Shown here: positions 18,559 to 28,879 of the stretch, piece by piece
Layout: each line of letters opens with the position of its first letter
Numbering within the stretch: the first letter of the stretch is position 1
Origin: Burkholderiales bacterium
GTDB taxonomy: Bacteria > Pseudomonadota > Gammaproteobacteria > Burkholderiales > Burkholderiaceae_C
Direction: 5' to 3'
Length of the DNA: 54,458 bases
Assembly: GCA_038236495.1 (NCBI GenBank)
Contig: JBBRZR010000001.1
Span: 1-54,458, forward strand
Notes under the pieces: model-generated
Told to the model about the DNA's origin: nothing
What the model saw: only the letters and a program-made list of their open reading frames with translations
The model's database searches: none
Translations under genes and position numbers: made by a program

Positions 18559-20286
18559 TCAGACAGCGGCAGCAGGCACGCCGACACGACGCAATTCGTC
18601 ACGCATCAACTCGAGTCGAAGTGGCTTGCAGAGATAGCCGCGGACGCCGGCTTCAAAAGAGCGCGCTTTCGTCTCATGGGCGTCGTCGGCGGTCGCCACA
18701 ATGATCGCGAATGGCGCTATCCGGCCGGTCTTCTGCAGCTCGACGATGCGCCGACTGGCGTCGATGCCGCCGAGCACCGGCATGTTGATATCCATCAGCA
18801 CGACGTCGGGCGGCGCGTGCTTGCAATGCTCGATGGCATCGAGCCCGTCGCACACGGCCGCCACCTCGTAGCCCAGCACCTCCAGCAGTCCGCACGCGAT
18901 GATGCGGTTGACCTCGTTGTCATCCACCACCAGAACCTTGCGGCGGCTGCGCAGGCTGTGCGAGACGGTCGCGGGGCCGCCGTTGCCAGACTCGGCATCG
19001 AGTGCGAGCAACGACGCCTGCGTCAGGTCGCCTGGGCTCAACGGCTCGACACGCAAGTCCCAGCCAAGCAGGGTGCCGGGCTTGGCCAACGCTGCAGAGC
19101 CTGCACTGACGAGCAGCACGCAGCGCGTTCGATCCGGCAAGCAGCTTTGCAGAGCCGCCAGCGCCGACCTCGAGGCCGGCGGATCGTCGCGGACCAGAAA
19201 AAGGTTAGGGCAGTCGTCTGGCGAGGCGCCGATGTGCCTGGAAGCGTCGAGCAGAGAAGCAAAACGCCAGACGCGCCACCCCAGACGCTGCAGGCGGCGC
19301 TCCAGCACAGCCGGCTCGACGCTGCGCTCATCGACGATCCACGCTTGCGCGCGCTCGGCCCTCGGCAGTGGCTCGCACTCGACGGGTCGAACGCTCAATT
19401 CGAGCCGCAGCAGGACGCCTTCTCTCGCGTGGCTGGCAAAGCTCACTGCGCCGCCTGAATTGGGGCAGACACCGCGGGCCAATATGAAGCCGCCAGCGTC
19501 GCGTTGCGAGGCCGAGGATGTGTCGATGTCGAGTCCCAGCCGTTGCAGGACGTCATCCCTCCGCTGGGGCGAGTCAAGCAGGACGTTGCCGGCGATGCTG
19601 ACAATGAGCAACTGCAGACCACACTCGGCGGCAACGGATCGGGCTGCAACCATGACGATGCCGCTTTCCATCAGGTCGGCTGCGCCACACATCAGCCGGT
19701 ACAAAGCCGAATGCACCGCCACCTCGTCACCAAACAGCAAGAGCTCGGGGCCCTCAGCGTCAAACGACAATCGCTGACTCTTCGCGGCCATCAAAGGCAG
19801 CATCTCACGGGCTGCCTGCGTCAAGGTTTCGAAGACCCTGAATTCCACTGCCTCTCTGGTGGTGCTGCTGCCTTGCCAGTGCGTTCGCAGCGTCCCCAGA
19901 AGCGTTTCATAGTCGATTGGCTTGGCAAATGCCCGATCGAAGCAGACGTCGACGGCGGCCAATTCGTCAGCAAGATCGCTGCGCCCGGTCATGGCCAACA
20001 GCAGGGGCGGTTTGAGATGGCCAACTCTTGATTTAACGCCGCTTGCCACTTCCAGACCGCTCAGACCCGGCATCTGCAGGTCGAGTATCAGCACGTCGTA
20101 ATGCGCGGAAAGCGAAAGCTCCGCTGCTTGCTGTCCGTCGTATGCAGTGGCGACCTGGCAGCCCAGTTCCAACCTGATCAGCTCAGCCAGCAGGTCCGCG
20201 CTGTCCCGGCTGTCGTCTGCAATCAAGATTTGCATGTCGGCGATTGGGCGATCGGCGACAAGGTCGCTGCGCGGTTCTATTGTCAT
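18559..20286 (-). CDS. Multi-receiver protein: REC, degenerate HATPase-like region, pseudo-REC, REC
   Basis: N-terminal REC (ILIADD, LDLQMP, KP) and C-terminal REC (VLVVDDN, MDINMP, KP). The middle resembles a hybrid-kinase ATPase region but lacks the H-box and N/G-boxes. Confidence 0.7.
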   Translation of the reverse strand: MTIEPRSDLVADRPIADMQILIADDSRDSADLLAELIRLELGCQVATAYDGQQAAELSLSAHYDVLILDLQMPGLSGLEVASGVKSRVGHLKPPLLLAMTGRSDLADELAAVDVCFDRAFAKPIDYETLLGTLRTHWQGSSTTREAVEFRVFETLTQAAREMLPLMAAKSQRLSFDAEGPELLLFGDEVAVHSALYRLMCGAADLMESGIVMVAARSVAAECGLQLLIVSIAGNVLLDSPQRRDDVLQRLGLDIDTSSASQRDAGGFILARGVCPNSGGAVSFASHAREGVLLRLELSVRPVECEPLPRAERAQAWIVDERSVEPAVLERRLQRLGWRVWRFASLLDASRHIGASPDDCPNLFLVRDDPPASRSALAALQSCLPDRTRCVLLVSAGSAALAKPGTLLGWDLRVEPLSPGDLTQASLLALDAESGNGGPATVSHSLRSRRKVLVVDDNEVNRIIACGLLEVLGYEVAAVCDGLDAIEHCKHAPPDVVLMDINMPVLGGIDASRRIVELQKTGRIAPFAIIVATADDAHETKARSFEAGVRGYLCKPLRLELMRDELRRVGVPAAAV

Positions 20287-20562
20287 GGCACGACACCTGA
20301 CGCAACGCACCCTGATCCGCCACGCCCGCAAGCAGCGTTGATCTTGCGAGAGTTGACAAAGGTTTTGCGGAACGGCATGTTGTTATTTACAGTGCTGCTC
20401 AAGAGAGGCGATATCATTTTGCATCCGGCAAACACCGCCCGCCGACTCGCCGCGTGCCCCCAGGTTTCGGCCCAATCTTCCCATGGGTGGCTGCTGACGC
20501 AGGCGCTGATGTAAGGCTAATTCCATTCGGCCAGCACAACCCTGGCGCAATGGCGCGTCTGT

Positions 20563-20961
20563 CTAGCGTTCTGAACCACCTTCTGCCAGACGGCAACAAA
20601 AAGCCATCAGTTCATCCAGGTCGTTGGATTTGTCGAACACGCAGTCCGCACCCAAGGCCTTGCACTGCGCACGCATGTCGGGGCTGGCAAAGTTGGTGAG
20701 CACGACGCGCCGCGCCGGCAAGCTGGAATTCATCGCAGCGCGCAGCACGCCCAGCCCCGAGCCTGATTTGAGGAAGATGTCGACAATGACGAGTTCAATT
20801 TCACCGCGGCGCGCTGCAAGTTGGGCCAATGCGGTCGCCTCGTCGGCAGCGTGACCGACCACCCGCACCGGCGTCATTTCTTCGAGTGTCGCCACCAGGT
20901 TGTCGAGGATGACCGGGTTGTCCTCCACGACAAAAGTCTGAAGGACGCGGCAAGGCTGCAT
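20563..20961 (-). CDS. Single-domain response regulator
   Basis: FVVEDNP, IVDIFL, VVLTN, FDKS. Start uncertain. Confidence 0.85.
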   Translation of the reverse strand: MQPCRVLQTFVVEDNPVILDNLVATLEEMTPVRVVGHAADEATALAQLAARRGEIELVIVDIFLKSGSGLGVLRAAMNSSLPARRVVLTNFASPDMRAQCKALGADCVFDKSNDLDELMAFCCRLAEGGSER

Positions 20962-21016
20962 CCACCCACCGGGATGGGGCATTGAAGCTTGCGGGCCGGG
21001 TGTCATCACTGAAACG

Positions 21017-21034
21017 CTCCGGCATCTGCCGACA
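21017..21034. promoter_or_regulatory. TGTMRG-N6-CYKACA-like box
   Basis: CTCCGG-CATCTG-CCGACA, about 55 bp upstream of the single-domain REC gene. Confidence 0.4.
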
Positions 21035-21309
21035 CTGCCAAAGTCGGGGCGCTTGGGTCCTGGCGTTTGATTTCTCGACGGCGCGGATGTGTCATGGGCG
21101 GCCCTTGCAAACGGTTCAACATGGCGCTGTCCTGGGGCATGCTCAAGGTCTGGCTTGCAGGCTCAAGACGTTTTCTGCCGCGGCCCCGCCGGGACTCACG
21201 CTGGAGATGGGATTCATGGTTTGGGGACCTCGTCCAAGCCCACGGCGGGCAGACAGCAAACCTTAAGTCCGCACCGCGCGGTGAGTGATCGGCAATTGCC
21301 TTGATCTGG

Positions 21310-21327
21310 TGTCAGACAATGCCCACA
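21310..21327. promoter_or_regulatory. TGTMRG-N6-CYKACA-like box
   Basis: TGTCAG-ACAATG-CCCACA in intergenic DNA. Confidence 0.45.
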
Positions 21328-21382
21328 CCTGATCAGGTTGAAGCTGGCGTGCAAGCCTCAGGCACGTGCTTTGCCGACAGCT

Positions 21383-24025
21383 TCAGGTGGGGGTGCCGGC
21401 GAGCAAGCCGATCAAGGCCGCCGGCTCGACCGGCTTGGTCAGATGGTGCACGAAGCCGGCGGCCAGCGAGCGCTTGCGGTCGGCATCGCTGCCCCAGCCG
21501 GTGACGGCGACGCGGCGCGCGCGGCTCAGTCGGGGGTCCGCGGCCAGGGCGCGTGCCACCTCGTGGCCATCCATGTCAGGCAGTCCGATGTCCAGCAGCA
21601 CCCAGTCGGGGTCGAAGTCGAGCGCAGCGGCCAGTGCGGCCTGGCCGCTGTAGGCCGTGCGCGTGGTGTGCCCCATGGTGGCCAGCAGCGCAGCCAGCGA
21701 GTCGGCGGCGTCCCGGTTGTCGTCAACCACCAGGATGCGGCTTGCGGCGGCAGTTTGCGCAAGCGCAGACACCGGGTCACGGCGTGCGGGCGCCTCGACA
21801 TGGCCCAGCAGGGGCAGGGTCACGGTGAATACGCTGCCGCGGCTTTCGCCTTCGCTGGCCGCGACCACGGTTCCGCCGTGCATCTGCACCAGGGCCTTCA
21901 CCAGCGCCAGGCCGATGCCCAACCCGCCTTGTGCGCGGTCGAGCGTGCGGTTGACCTGGGTGAACATGCCAAACACCTCGTCAAGCATGGCCGGCGGAAT
22001 GCCCAGGCCGTTGTCGCTGACGCTGATCAGGGCCTGGTCGTCGCACGCCTGCAGTCTCAGCGTGATGTGGCCGCGGCCAGGCAAATCCCGTGGCGTGTAC
22101 TTGGCAGCGTTGGTCAGCAAGTTGCCCACTACCTGGGCCAGCCGGTTGAGGTCGCCGAGCACCCACAGGTCCTCGCCCGGGAAGTCGCACACCAGCGTGT
22201 GCCCGGCGGCCTCGATCAGCGGGCGCGCCGACTCGACCGCCAGCTCGGCCGCCCTACGCAGCGACAACCGCTCCAGCCGCAGCACCACCTTGTCGCTGGT
22301 GATGCGCGAGACGTCGAGCAGATCGTCAACCAACCGCACCATGTGAACGAGTTGCCGCGTCATCATCTCCCGCACCCGGGTGGCCACAGCAGGGTCGCTC
22401 GTTTGCTGCAGCAGCTGCAAGCCGTTGCTCAACGGCGCCAACGGGTTGCGCAACTCATGCGCCAGCATGGCCAGAAACTCGTCTTTGCGCCGGTCGGCTT
22501 CACGCAGTTGCAGATCGCGCTGGCGCAGCTGTTCCTGGGCGCGGCGGAAATCAGTGATCTCGACAAAGGCAGCGATGGCGCCCCGCACCCTGCCGTCTGC
22601 GTCGCGCAGTGGCCGTGCGCTGCCCAGCACATGCTTGACCTCTCCATCGGCGAAGACGAAGCTGATCTCCTCGAGGGTCACGTCGACGGCTTCGCGCGCA
22701 GCGCGTTGCATCGGCAGTTCGCGGCTGTCCAGCCGCCGGCCATCGCGGAACTCCTGGAACGGCCGGCGTTGTGGCAGGCCGCCGGGCGCGCTGGCCGAGA
22801 CGTTGGCGTCCTGCTGCATACCCAGCAGCTGGTACGAGTGCGGGTTGCCAAAGATCTCTTTGCACAGCGGATCACGCGCGGTCCACACAGCCACCGGCAC
22901 CGCCGCCATCAGCGCCTGCATTTCCTCGGCGCGCTCGCGTGCCTGGCTTTCGCTGCCGCGCAGCGCCTGCTCGGCCTGAACGCGCTCGCTGATGTTGACA
23001 GCCGAGGGCACCAACATCGTCAGCACCCCGTCCGAGAACACGGGGTGCAGCGTGTAGTCGATGACGGCCAGTGCATCGTGACCGCCCTCGTCCCTGACGT
23101 GAATGGTCTCATCGAAACGCACGGTCTCGCCAGCGCAGGCGCGCTCGAAGGCCTGGCGCTGGCGGTGCTGCACGGCCGGATCGTATGTCCACCAGGGGCA
23201 GTCCCAGAATTTGCGGCCGATGACGTCGTCGCGCTGCAGGCCGACGGCACGCAGCGGTGCGGCGTTGGCTTCGATCAAGGTGCCGTCGGGTGCCAACACA
23301 CCGACAAACGCCTGCATCGAATCGACAACCGATCGCAGCCGCTCGCGTTCGGCAGCGACCTGGGCGGCAACGCGCCGGTTGCGCCTGGCAAACACGACCA
23401 TCCCCAGCGTGGCGCCCAATGCCAGCGCGGCGGTGGCCCATCCGGCGGCTGCAGCGCGGCGTTGCGGTGCATGGGTATTGTCCAGCGCAGCGGATGCGCG
23501 CGACCCGGCCAAGGCCGTCAGCGCGGCGACCTGCTTGCGCATCTCGCCCATCGTCTGCTGGCTCAAATTGGACAAGACGGTGGCGCGCGCCACCTCAAAG
23601 CCCTCATCGATTCGCGCCGTGACAGTCCGGCGCAACCCGTCCCGTCCGGCGGCTGCCGCCGCCACCAACGCGGCAACGCGCGGGGCGGCGATCACATCGT
23701 CGCCGCTCATTTGCTGCAATTCCTGGAGGGCGGTTTCCAACTGCGCGTCGGCTGCTTCGTAGGGCTGCAGGTACCTGCGGTCACCAGTGATGACGAAGCC
23801 GCGCTGGTCGGTCTCGGCATCGGTGGCCAGTGTCAGCACGCGCTTGCTGGCCGATTCCATGGCGTGCGCCCGGCGCAGCGCTTGCAGTGCAGCATCGACT
23901 TCGCTGCCGGCCTGCCAGCTGAGCCAGCCGCTGGCCAACAGCAGGGCTGTCGAAACGCCAAAGGCCAGCAAGATGTCGCGCGGTGCTGCCGGCCTGTCGC
24001 CGGCCGGCCGTGGGGGTGGGGTCAT
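21383..24025 (-). CDS. Hybrid histidine kinase CHASE3-PAS-PAS-HisKA-HATPase-REC
   Basis: DAETDQRGFVITGD (CHASE3); two PAS domains; FLAMLAHELRNPL; NLLTNAAKYT; DNGLGI; GGLGIGL; C-terminal REC. Confidence 0.9.
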   Translation of the reverse strand: MTPPPRPAGDRPAAPRDILLAFGVSTALLLASGWLSWQAGSEVDAALQALRRAHAMESASKRVLTLATDAETDQRGFVITGDRRYLQPYEAADAQLETALQELQQMSGDDVIAAPRVAALVAAAAAGRDGLRRTVTARIDEGFEVARATVLSNLSQQTMGEMRKQVAALTALAGSRASAALDNTHAPQRRAAAAGWATAALALGATLGMVVFARRNRRVAAQVAAERERLRSVVDSMQAFVGVLAPDGTLIEANAAPLRAVGLQRDDVIGRKFWDCPWWTYDPAVQHRQRQAFERACAGETVRFDETIHVRDEGGHDALAVIDYTLHPVFSDGVLTMLVPSAVNISERVQAEQALRGSESQARERAEEMQALMAAVPVAVWTARDPLCKEIFGNPHSYQLLGMQQDANVSASAPGGLPQRRPFQEFRDGRRLDSRELPMQRAAREAVDVTLEEISFVFADGEVKHVLGSARPLRDADGRVRGAIAAFVEITDFRRAQEQLRQRDLQLREADRRKDEFLAMLAHELRNPLAPLSNGLQLLQQTSDPAVATRVREMMTRQLVHMVRLVDDLLDVSRITSDKVVLRLERLSLRRAAELAVESARPLIEAAGHTLVCDFPGEDLWVLGDLNRLAQVVGNLLTNAAKYTPRDLPGRGHITLRLQACDDQALISVSDNGLGIPPAMLDEVFGMFTQVNRTLDRAQGGLGIGLALVKALVQMHGGTVVAASEGESRGSVFTVTLPLLGHVEAPARRDPVSALAQTAAASRILVVDDNRDAADSLAALLATMGHTTRTAYSGQAALAAALDFDPDWVLLDIGLPDMDGHEVARALAADPRLSRARRVAVTGWGSDADRKRSLAAGFVHHLTKPVEPAALIGLLAGTPT

Positions 24026-24378
24026 GGTCGAGGCGTGGTGGCGCCGATGCCCGAGTTTGGGTCTCGTCTGCGTAGGGTATCGCAAGCAGAACCCAGAAGC
24101 ACCTTGCCCGGACGCACCACGTCAGTGGCGCGCTGGGTCGGTCGCTTGCCCGGCGGTGGCTCGCCGGGGCAGCGGCGGTGTTTGAAGTGTGCCGCCGCTT
24201 CCGTGCCCAAAGTTGGAGCCAGGGCACTGTGGTCATTGCGATGACGGGTTGAGGACAGGCCGAGGACCGCCGCAAGTGCAATGGTGCCGGTTGGACATCC
24301 ACTGCGTGACGCGAGTAGATCACGCGGTGCTGGCAGACCTGCTGAGCCAGCCGCGCGCGCGTCCGCATTGAGCACGGC

Positions 24379-24744
24379 TCAAACCAGCGGTGGCAGCGCG
24401 ACCTGCAGCCTGGCCAGACTGATCGGCTTTTGAAGGTAGAAGTCGACCCGGGCGAATGTTTCGACCACCTGCGTGTCGTCTTCAGGCGCGCCGGTGATCG
24501 CGATCAACACCATGTCGTCGCCGTAGCGTGCGCGCAACCGTCTCGACAGTTCAGCGCCGTCGATGCCGGGCATCTTGATGTCGAACAGCACGCAGAGCGG
24601 CTGAAACGCTTCGATCAACGCCCAGGCTTGGACACCATCGTGGGCCGTCTTGACGCAATACCCGTTGAGCGTCAGCAGCTGCGCCAGCGACTCGGCGCCG
24701 TCTACATGGTCATCCACCACCACCACCCGAACTTCATCTGACAT
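24379..24744 (-). CDS. Single-domain response regulator
   Basis: VVVVDDH, LFDIKMP, IAITG, QKP; RBS GGAGG. Confidence 0.9.
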   Translation of the reverse strand: MSDEVRVVVVDDHVDGAESLAQLLTLNGYCVKTAHDGVQAWALIEAFQPLCVLFDIKMPGIDGAELSRRLRARYGDDMVLIAITGAPEDDTQVVETFARVDFYLQKPISLARLQVALPPLV

Positions 24745-24805
24745 GTTTCCTCCGACCGAACCCAGTGTTTTTTGCTGGCTTTCGCTTGAAATCCACCCGT
24801 TCAGT

Positions 24806-26263
24806 CTACGTCGATACGTCGCCCGCGCCGAGTCGGTGTCTGGCTATCGAAGGCGTGAGGGCGTTCGGCGGCATCAGCGGCGCCTGCGGGGCCTGGACGC
24901 GCGCCGGCGCGTTGCTGCGGTCGCCAGCCAGCCGCAGCGTGGCCTCGATGCGGGTGCCGTGACCGGGCGTGGACAGCACACGCACCGTGCCACCGTCTGA
25001 CTCGACGCGGTAGCGCATGCCCAACAGGCCATGGTGGCCTGCCGGAACACGCTGCGGATCGAAGCCGCGGCCGTCGTCCTCGACCCGCACCTGAACCATG
25101 CCGTCGTGCTGCCGGACTGTCACACGCACCTGTTGTGCCACCGCGTATTTGGCGATATTGGTCAGCGACTCTTGTACCAGCCGGTAGACCGTGAGCTCGG
25201 CCTCTGGCGTGAGACCGGAGGGCGCGCCGTGGGCCGCCAGCGCCAGGTCTTCGTGCACCGCAATGCCCATCGATTGCGCCGCATCGCGGCACAGCAGACC
25301 GAGGCTGGCGACCAGACCGAAATGCTCCAGCGCCGACGGTCGCAGATTTTCGATCACCCGGCGCTTGAAGGCGATGCCGTCGTTGAGGCGGTCTTCGACC
25401 GCGCGCAGCCCCGACAGCAGGACGTCACTGCCCTGGCCGTGACGGCGCAGCCGGACGATTTGCAGCTTCATCGCGGTGAACAGCCCGCCCAGCTCGTCGT
25501 GCAATTCACGGGCCAGGCGGCCGCGCTCGTCTTCGCGCGCAATCACCAGGTGACCGGCCAGGTCGCGAAGCTCGAGCGTGCGTTCAGCCACCTGGGCGGA
25601 CAGTTGCGCCTGCGCATGCTGGCGCAGCTTGTCCGCGGTCTGCAGATGGCGGGTGTGGATGTAGAGGCCGATCATGGTCAGCAGCGTGAGCAGGTGAACT
25701 GTCCAACGCGACAGCGACATGGCGCCATATATCGAGTCGCGCGCGCCCTGCTGCAGCGAGGCTGCGCGGTCTAGCAGTTCGGTGAAAGCGGCGCGCAGGG
25801 TAGCGGTGGGCTGCTGACGGGCGTCGGCAGCGGCAGCGGCCAGGGCCCCGGCCGGCTCGCGCGCTGTCAGGTCGACAACGACGGCCAAGGCCGCAAGCCG
25901 GTCGTCCAGCAGCCGCTGCAGCCGTGCCACCTCAAACGCCTGGTCGGGGTTGACGCTGCGCATCAACGCGAAGGCCCGGTCCTGCACTGCCGGCAGTTGG
26001 GCCAGCGCCTGCCGGTAGGGCGCCAGCTGCGCGCGGTCGCCGGTCAGGACATGGCCGCGCACGGCCGTTTCGGCGTCGGTCAGCCACTGCAGGGTCTGGG
26101 CCGCCTGGATGCGCGCATCGGTCAGCGCGATGCCGGCCACCAGACGCTGGTGCGCGTGCCGGTAAGCGGCCTCGTTCATGGCCATCAACAGCAATGCCCC
26201 GCCGATGGCGGCGACAAAGCCGTACCGGTTGCGCAGGACCCTTTCGAGCAATCGGCTGTTCAT
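24806..26263 (-). CDS. CHASE3 HisKA_3 (NarX/UhpB-class) histidine kinase
   Basis: DAETAVRGHVLTGD; ERGRLARELHDELGG; QESLTNIAKYA; DDGRGF; GLLGMRYR. Confidence 0.9.
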   Translation of the reverse strand: MNSRLLERVLRNRYGFVAAIGGALLLMAMNEAAYRHAHQRLVAGIALTDARIQAAQTLQWLTDAETAVRGHVLTGDRAQLAPYRQALAQLPAVQDRAFALMRSVNPDQAFEVARLQRLLDDRLAALAVVVDLTAREPAGALAAAAADARQQPTATLRAAFTELLDRAASLQQGARDSIYGAMSLSRWTVHLLTLLTMIGLYIHTRHLQTADKLRQHAQAQLSAQVAERTLELRDLAGHLVIAREDERGRLARELHDELGGLFTAMKLQIVRLRRHGQGSDVLLSGLRAVEDRLNDGIAFKRRVIENLRPSALEHFGLVASLGLLCRDAAQSMGIAVHEDLALAAHGAPSGLTPEAELTVYRLVQESLTNIAKYAVAQQVRVTVRQHDGMVQVRVEDDGRGFDPQRVPAGHHGLLGMRYRVESDGGTVRVLSTPGHGTRIEATLRLAGDRSNAPARVQAPQAPLMPPNALTPSIARHRLGAGDVST

Positions 26264-26274
26264 GCTGACCCTGA

Positions 26275-26290
26275 TGCAATCAGCGTGCCA
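26275..26290 (-). promoter_or_regulatory. sigma54 -24/-12 promoter of the CHASE3 HisKA_3 kinase
   Basis: TGGCAC-GCTGA-TTGCA, a perfect consensus; predicted +1 about 26264. Confidence 0.8.
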
Positions 26291-26422
26291 GCTGGCCATC
26301 CCCGCCCTGGGCTCTGTCCGGGCAGGCCCGGCCCGGCAGCGCGCTGCGGTCAGGGCTGGCCGGCAAAAGGCAGGTCCGACGCTGCGGCCGCAACCCGATC
26401 TTCAGCGAGCGCAGGGGGCAGC

Positions 26423-28747
26423 TCAGGTGCTGCTGCCGGCCGGGGTACGGATCGCTTCATTCAGCGCAAGCAGCAGTTCGTCCTGCGGACAGGGCTTGGT
26501 CAGCACCTTGAAACCGTCGCTGGCGCCGGCCAGGCTTTGGCTGAAGGCCGTGATCAGCACCACTGGCAGCTTGGGCCGCAGTGCACGCAACCGCCGGGCC
26601 AGCGCCAGACCGTCCATCGTCCCGGGCATCATCACGTCGGACAGCACCACGTCGATGTGCGCCCCCGCGTCGATCAGCTGCAGCGCCTGCATCGCGTCGT
26701 CGGCCCGCTGCACGCGCGCGCCGTGCGCTGCCAGCAGCGCGGCCGTGATGTCGCCCAAGGCCTGGTTGTCTTCGACCAGCAGCACGTGCGCGCCGGTGAT
26801 GCGGGGCGCGGTCAGCGGATGGGCACGGGCGCCTGCCGGCGCTCGATCGTCTAAGCCCGGCAGCGCTTGATGCGCTTCACCTGGCGGCGCTGGCGTCCGG
26901 CCCAGCGCCGGTGGCTCACCGGCCGCAGGCAGCAGCAGTAGCACGGTGGTGCCCAGACCTGGCGTGCTTTGCAGCCGGGCAGTACCACCGGCCTGGGTGC
27001 AGAAGCCGTACACCTGGCTCAGCCCCAGGCCGCTGGCATGGACCGGGCCCTTGGTCGTGAAGAAGGGCTCGAAGGCATGCGCGGCAAGCTCGGGTGCGAT
27101 GCCCTGGCCGTCGTCACCGACGCTGATCAGCACGTAATGGCCGGGCCCCAGGCCGGGGCTGTCGGCCAGGTCTTGCGCATCGGCGTTGCGCGCGCGCAGG
27201 CGCAGCTCCCCGCCGTCGGGCATGGCGTCGCGGGCGTTCAACGCCAGGCTGATCAACGCCAGCTCCAGTTCGCTGGCATCGACATGCACCGCGGCGGTGC
27301 CGGGTGCCACCTGCACCGCCACCGTGACGCGCCGCCCCAGCACGCTGCGCAGCAGCGCTTGCAACTCGGGCAGGGCCAGCCCCAACCCAACCTGTTGTGG
27401 CCGCAGCGGCCGCCGGCCGGCAAAGCGCAGCAGGTGCTGGGTGAGATCGCTGCCCATCTGGACCGCGCGCTGCGTGGCGGCCAGCGGCATCTTCAGGTCG
27501 GCCGCGGCGGGGTGGCGCTGCATCAGGTGGGCGCTGTTGCTGATCACGCCGAGCAGGTTGTTGAAGTCGTGCGCCAACCCGGCGGTCAGTCGCCCCACCG
27601 CGGCAACGCGCTGGCCCTGGGCGGCCCGCTGCTCGGCCAACCGGGTTTGCGCTACCGCGTCGGCCACCTCGCGCTCGAGGTCTGCACGGGCATGGCGGAT
27701 GGCGTTGCCGGCTGCCGCCAGCGCAAGGGTGACCTCGTCGCACTCGGCCAGGCCGGTGGCGCGGACTTGCACCGGCTGGCCGTTCTGCAGCTGGGCGACG
27801 GCCTGCTTCAGGCCTTGCACCGGCCGCACGATGCGCCGCGCCAGCCACAGCGCGCCGGCCACGGCCAGCGCCAACAGCAGCAGCGCGCCCAGGCCGACGC
27901 GCAACACCGTGTCGGGCAGCCGGCCGGCATAAACGTCAGTGGGCATGCCCAGCACATATGTCCAACCCATCGGCGCACGGCTGAAGTAGACGGTGGTCGG
28001 CTGTCCGTCCAGCGACACAGACTCGAACAACGCCTCGGACTTGTCTTGCAAGCTGCGGCGCAAGTCGGCGGTGGCCAATCGACCCAGGTAGCCCGCACCC
28101 CCGGGATACCGAGCGACGATCTTGCCTTGGTTGTCCAACACCGCGCCGACCGAACCCGGCGTCAACGTCTGGGCATCGACGATGCGCTGCATCTCCACCG
28201 GCAGCACGGTGATCACCAGCTCGTAGAGCGTGCCTTCGTCGCGCTGCACCGGTTGCACGATCGCCGCATGGGCCACGGTGGCAGGCAGGGTGTCGGGGCT
28301 CAAGTTATCCGCGGGGGGCACCCACAGCGTCTCGATGCGCACCTGCTGCGCGAGCGTGTGGGCCGGCACGTCGCGGCCGGAGAAGGCAGGGCCGCGGGTG
28401 TCGAGCAGCACCCGGTCGGCGCTGCGCAGCTCGATCCAGCCGTCCAGCCCCGCCAGCGCGCGCTGCGCCTGCTGCTCGAAGTTGGCCAGCTGCTCGCTGC
28501 TGGCCGGCCCCGGCGCATCGAGCCAACTTGACTGCGACAGGACACGGGCGATGGTCGCGCGGCGCTGCAGTTCGCCGTCGATGACCTGAGAAATCGCCCG
28601 CCCGGTATCACGCAGCGTGCGTTCGTGGGCCTGACGTTCGGCATCGAAGGTGGAGCCGATCAACCACGCCACCCCGAGCATGCCCGGCAGCAGCACGGCC
28701 AACACCAGAAACAGCACACGGGAGCGGATCGAGGGGAACATCGACAT
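26423..28747 (-). CDS. Membrane hybrid histidine kinase (Cache-like sensor, HAMP, HisKA, HATPase, REC)
   Basis: Two TM helices; GRLTAGLAHDFNNLL; NARDAM; FEPFFTTK; SGLGLS; C-terminal REC (LSDVMMPG, KP). Confidence 0.9.
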   Translation of the reverse strand: MSMFPSIRSRVLFLVLAVLLPGMLGVAWLIGSTFDAERQAHERTLRDTGRAISQVIDGELQRRATIARVLSQSSWLDAPGPASSEQLANFEQQAQRALAGLDGWIELRSADRVLLDTRGPAFSGRDVPAHTLAQQVRIETLWVPPADNLSPDTLPATVAHAAIVQPVQRDEGTLYELVITVLPVEMQRIVDAQTLTPGSVGAVLDNQGKIVARYPGGAGYLGRLATADLRRSLQDKSEALFESVSLDGQPTTVYFSRAPMGWTYVLGMPTDVYAGRLPDTVLRVGLGALLLLALAVAGALWLARRIVRPVQGLKQAVAQLQNGQPVQVRATGLAECDEVTLALAAAGNAIRHARADLEREVADAVAQTRLAEQRAAQGQRVAAVGRLTAGLAHDFNNLLGVISNSAHLMQRHPAAADLKMPLAATQRAVQMGSDLTQHLLRFAGRRPLRPQQVGLGLALPELQALLRSVLGRRVTVAVQVAPGTAAVHVDASELELALISLALNARDAMPDGGELRLRARNADAQDLADSPGLGPGHYVLISVGDDGQGIAPELAAHAFEPFFTTKGPVHASGLGLSQVYGFCTQAGGTARLQSTPGLGTTVLLLLPAAGEPPALGRTPAPPGEAHQALPGLDDRAPAGARAHPLTAPRITGAHVLLVEDNQALGDITAALLAAHGARVQRADDAMQALQLIDAGAHIDVVLSDVMMPGTMDGLALARRLRALRPKLPVVLITAFSQSLAGASDGFKVLTKPCPQDELLLALNEAIRTPAGSST

Positions 28748-28879
28748 GGCTTCATCAGGACCGGCGGCGGGCTGCGGCTGCAGCGGTGTCAGACGCTTGC
28801 ACCGGCTTTGCGGTGCCAAACCGCAGAGCCGAACGACCGAGGTGCAACGATAGCCGAAGCCGCGGCTTGCTTCCTCCCC

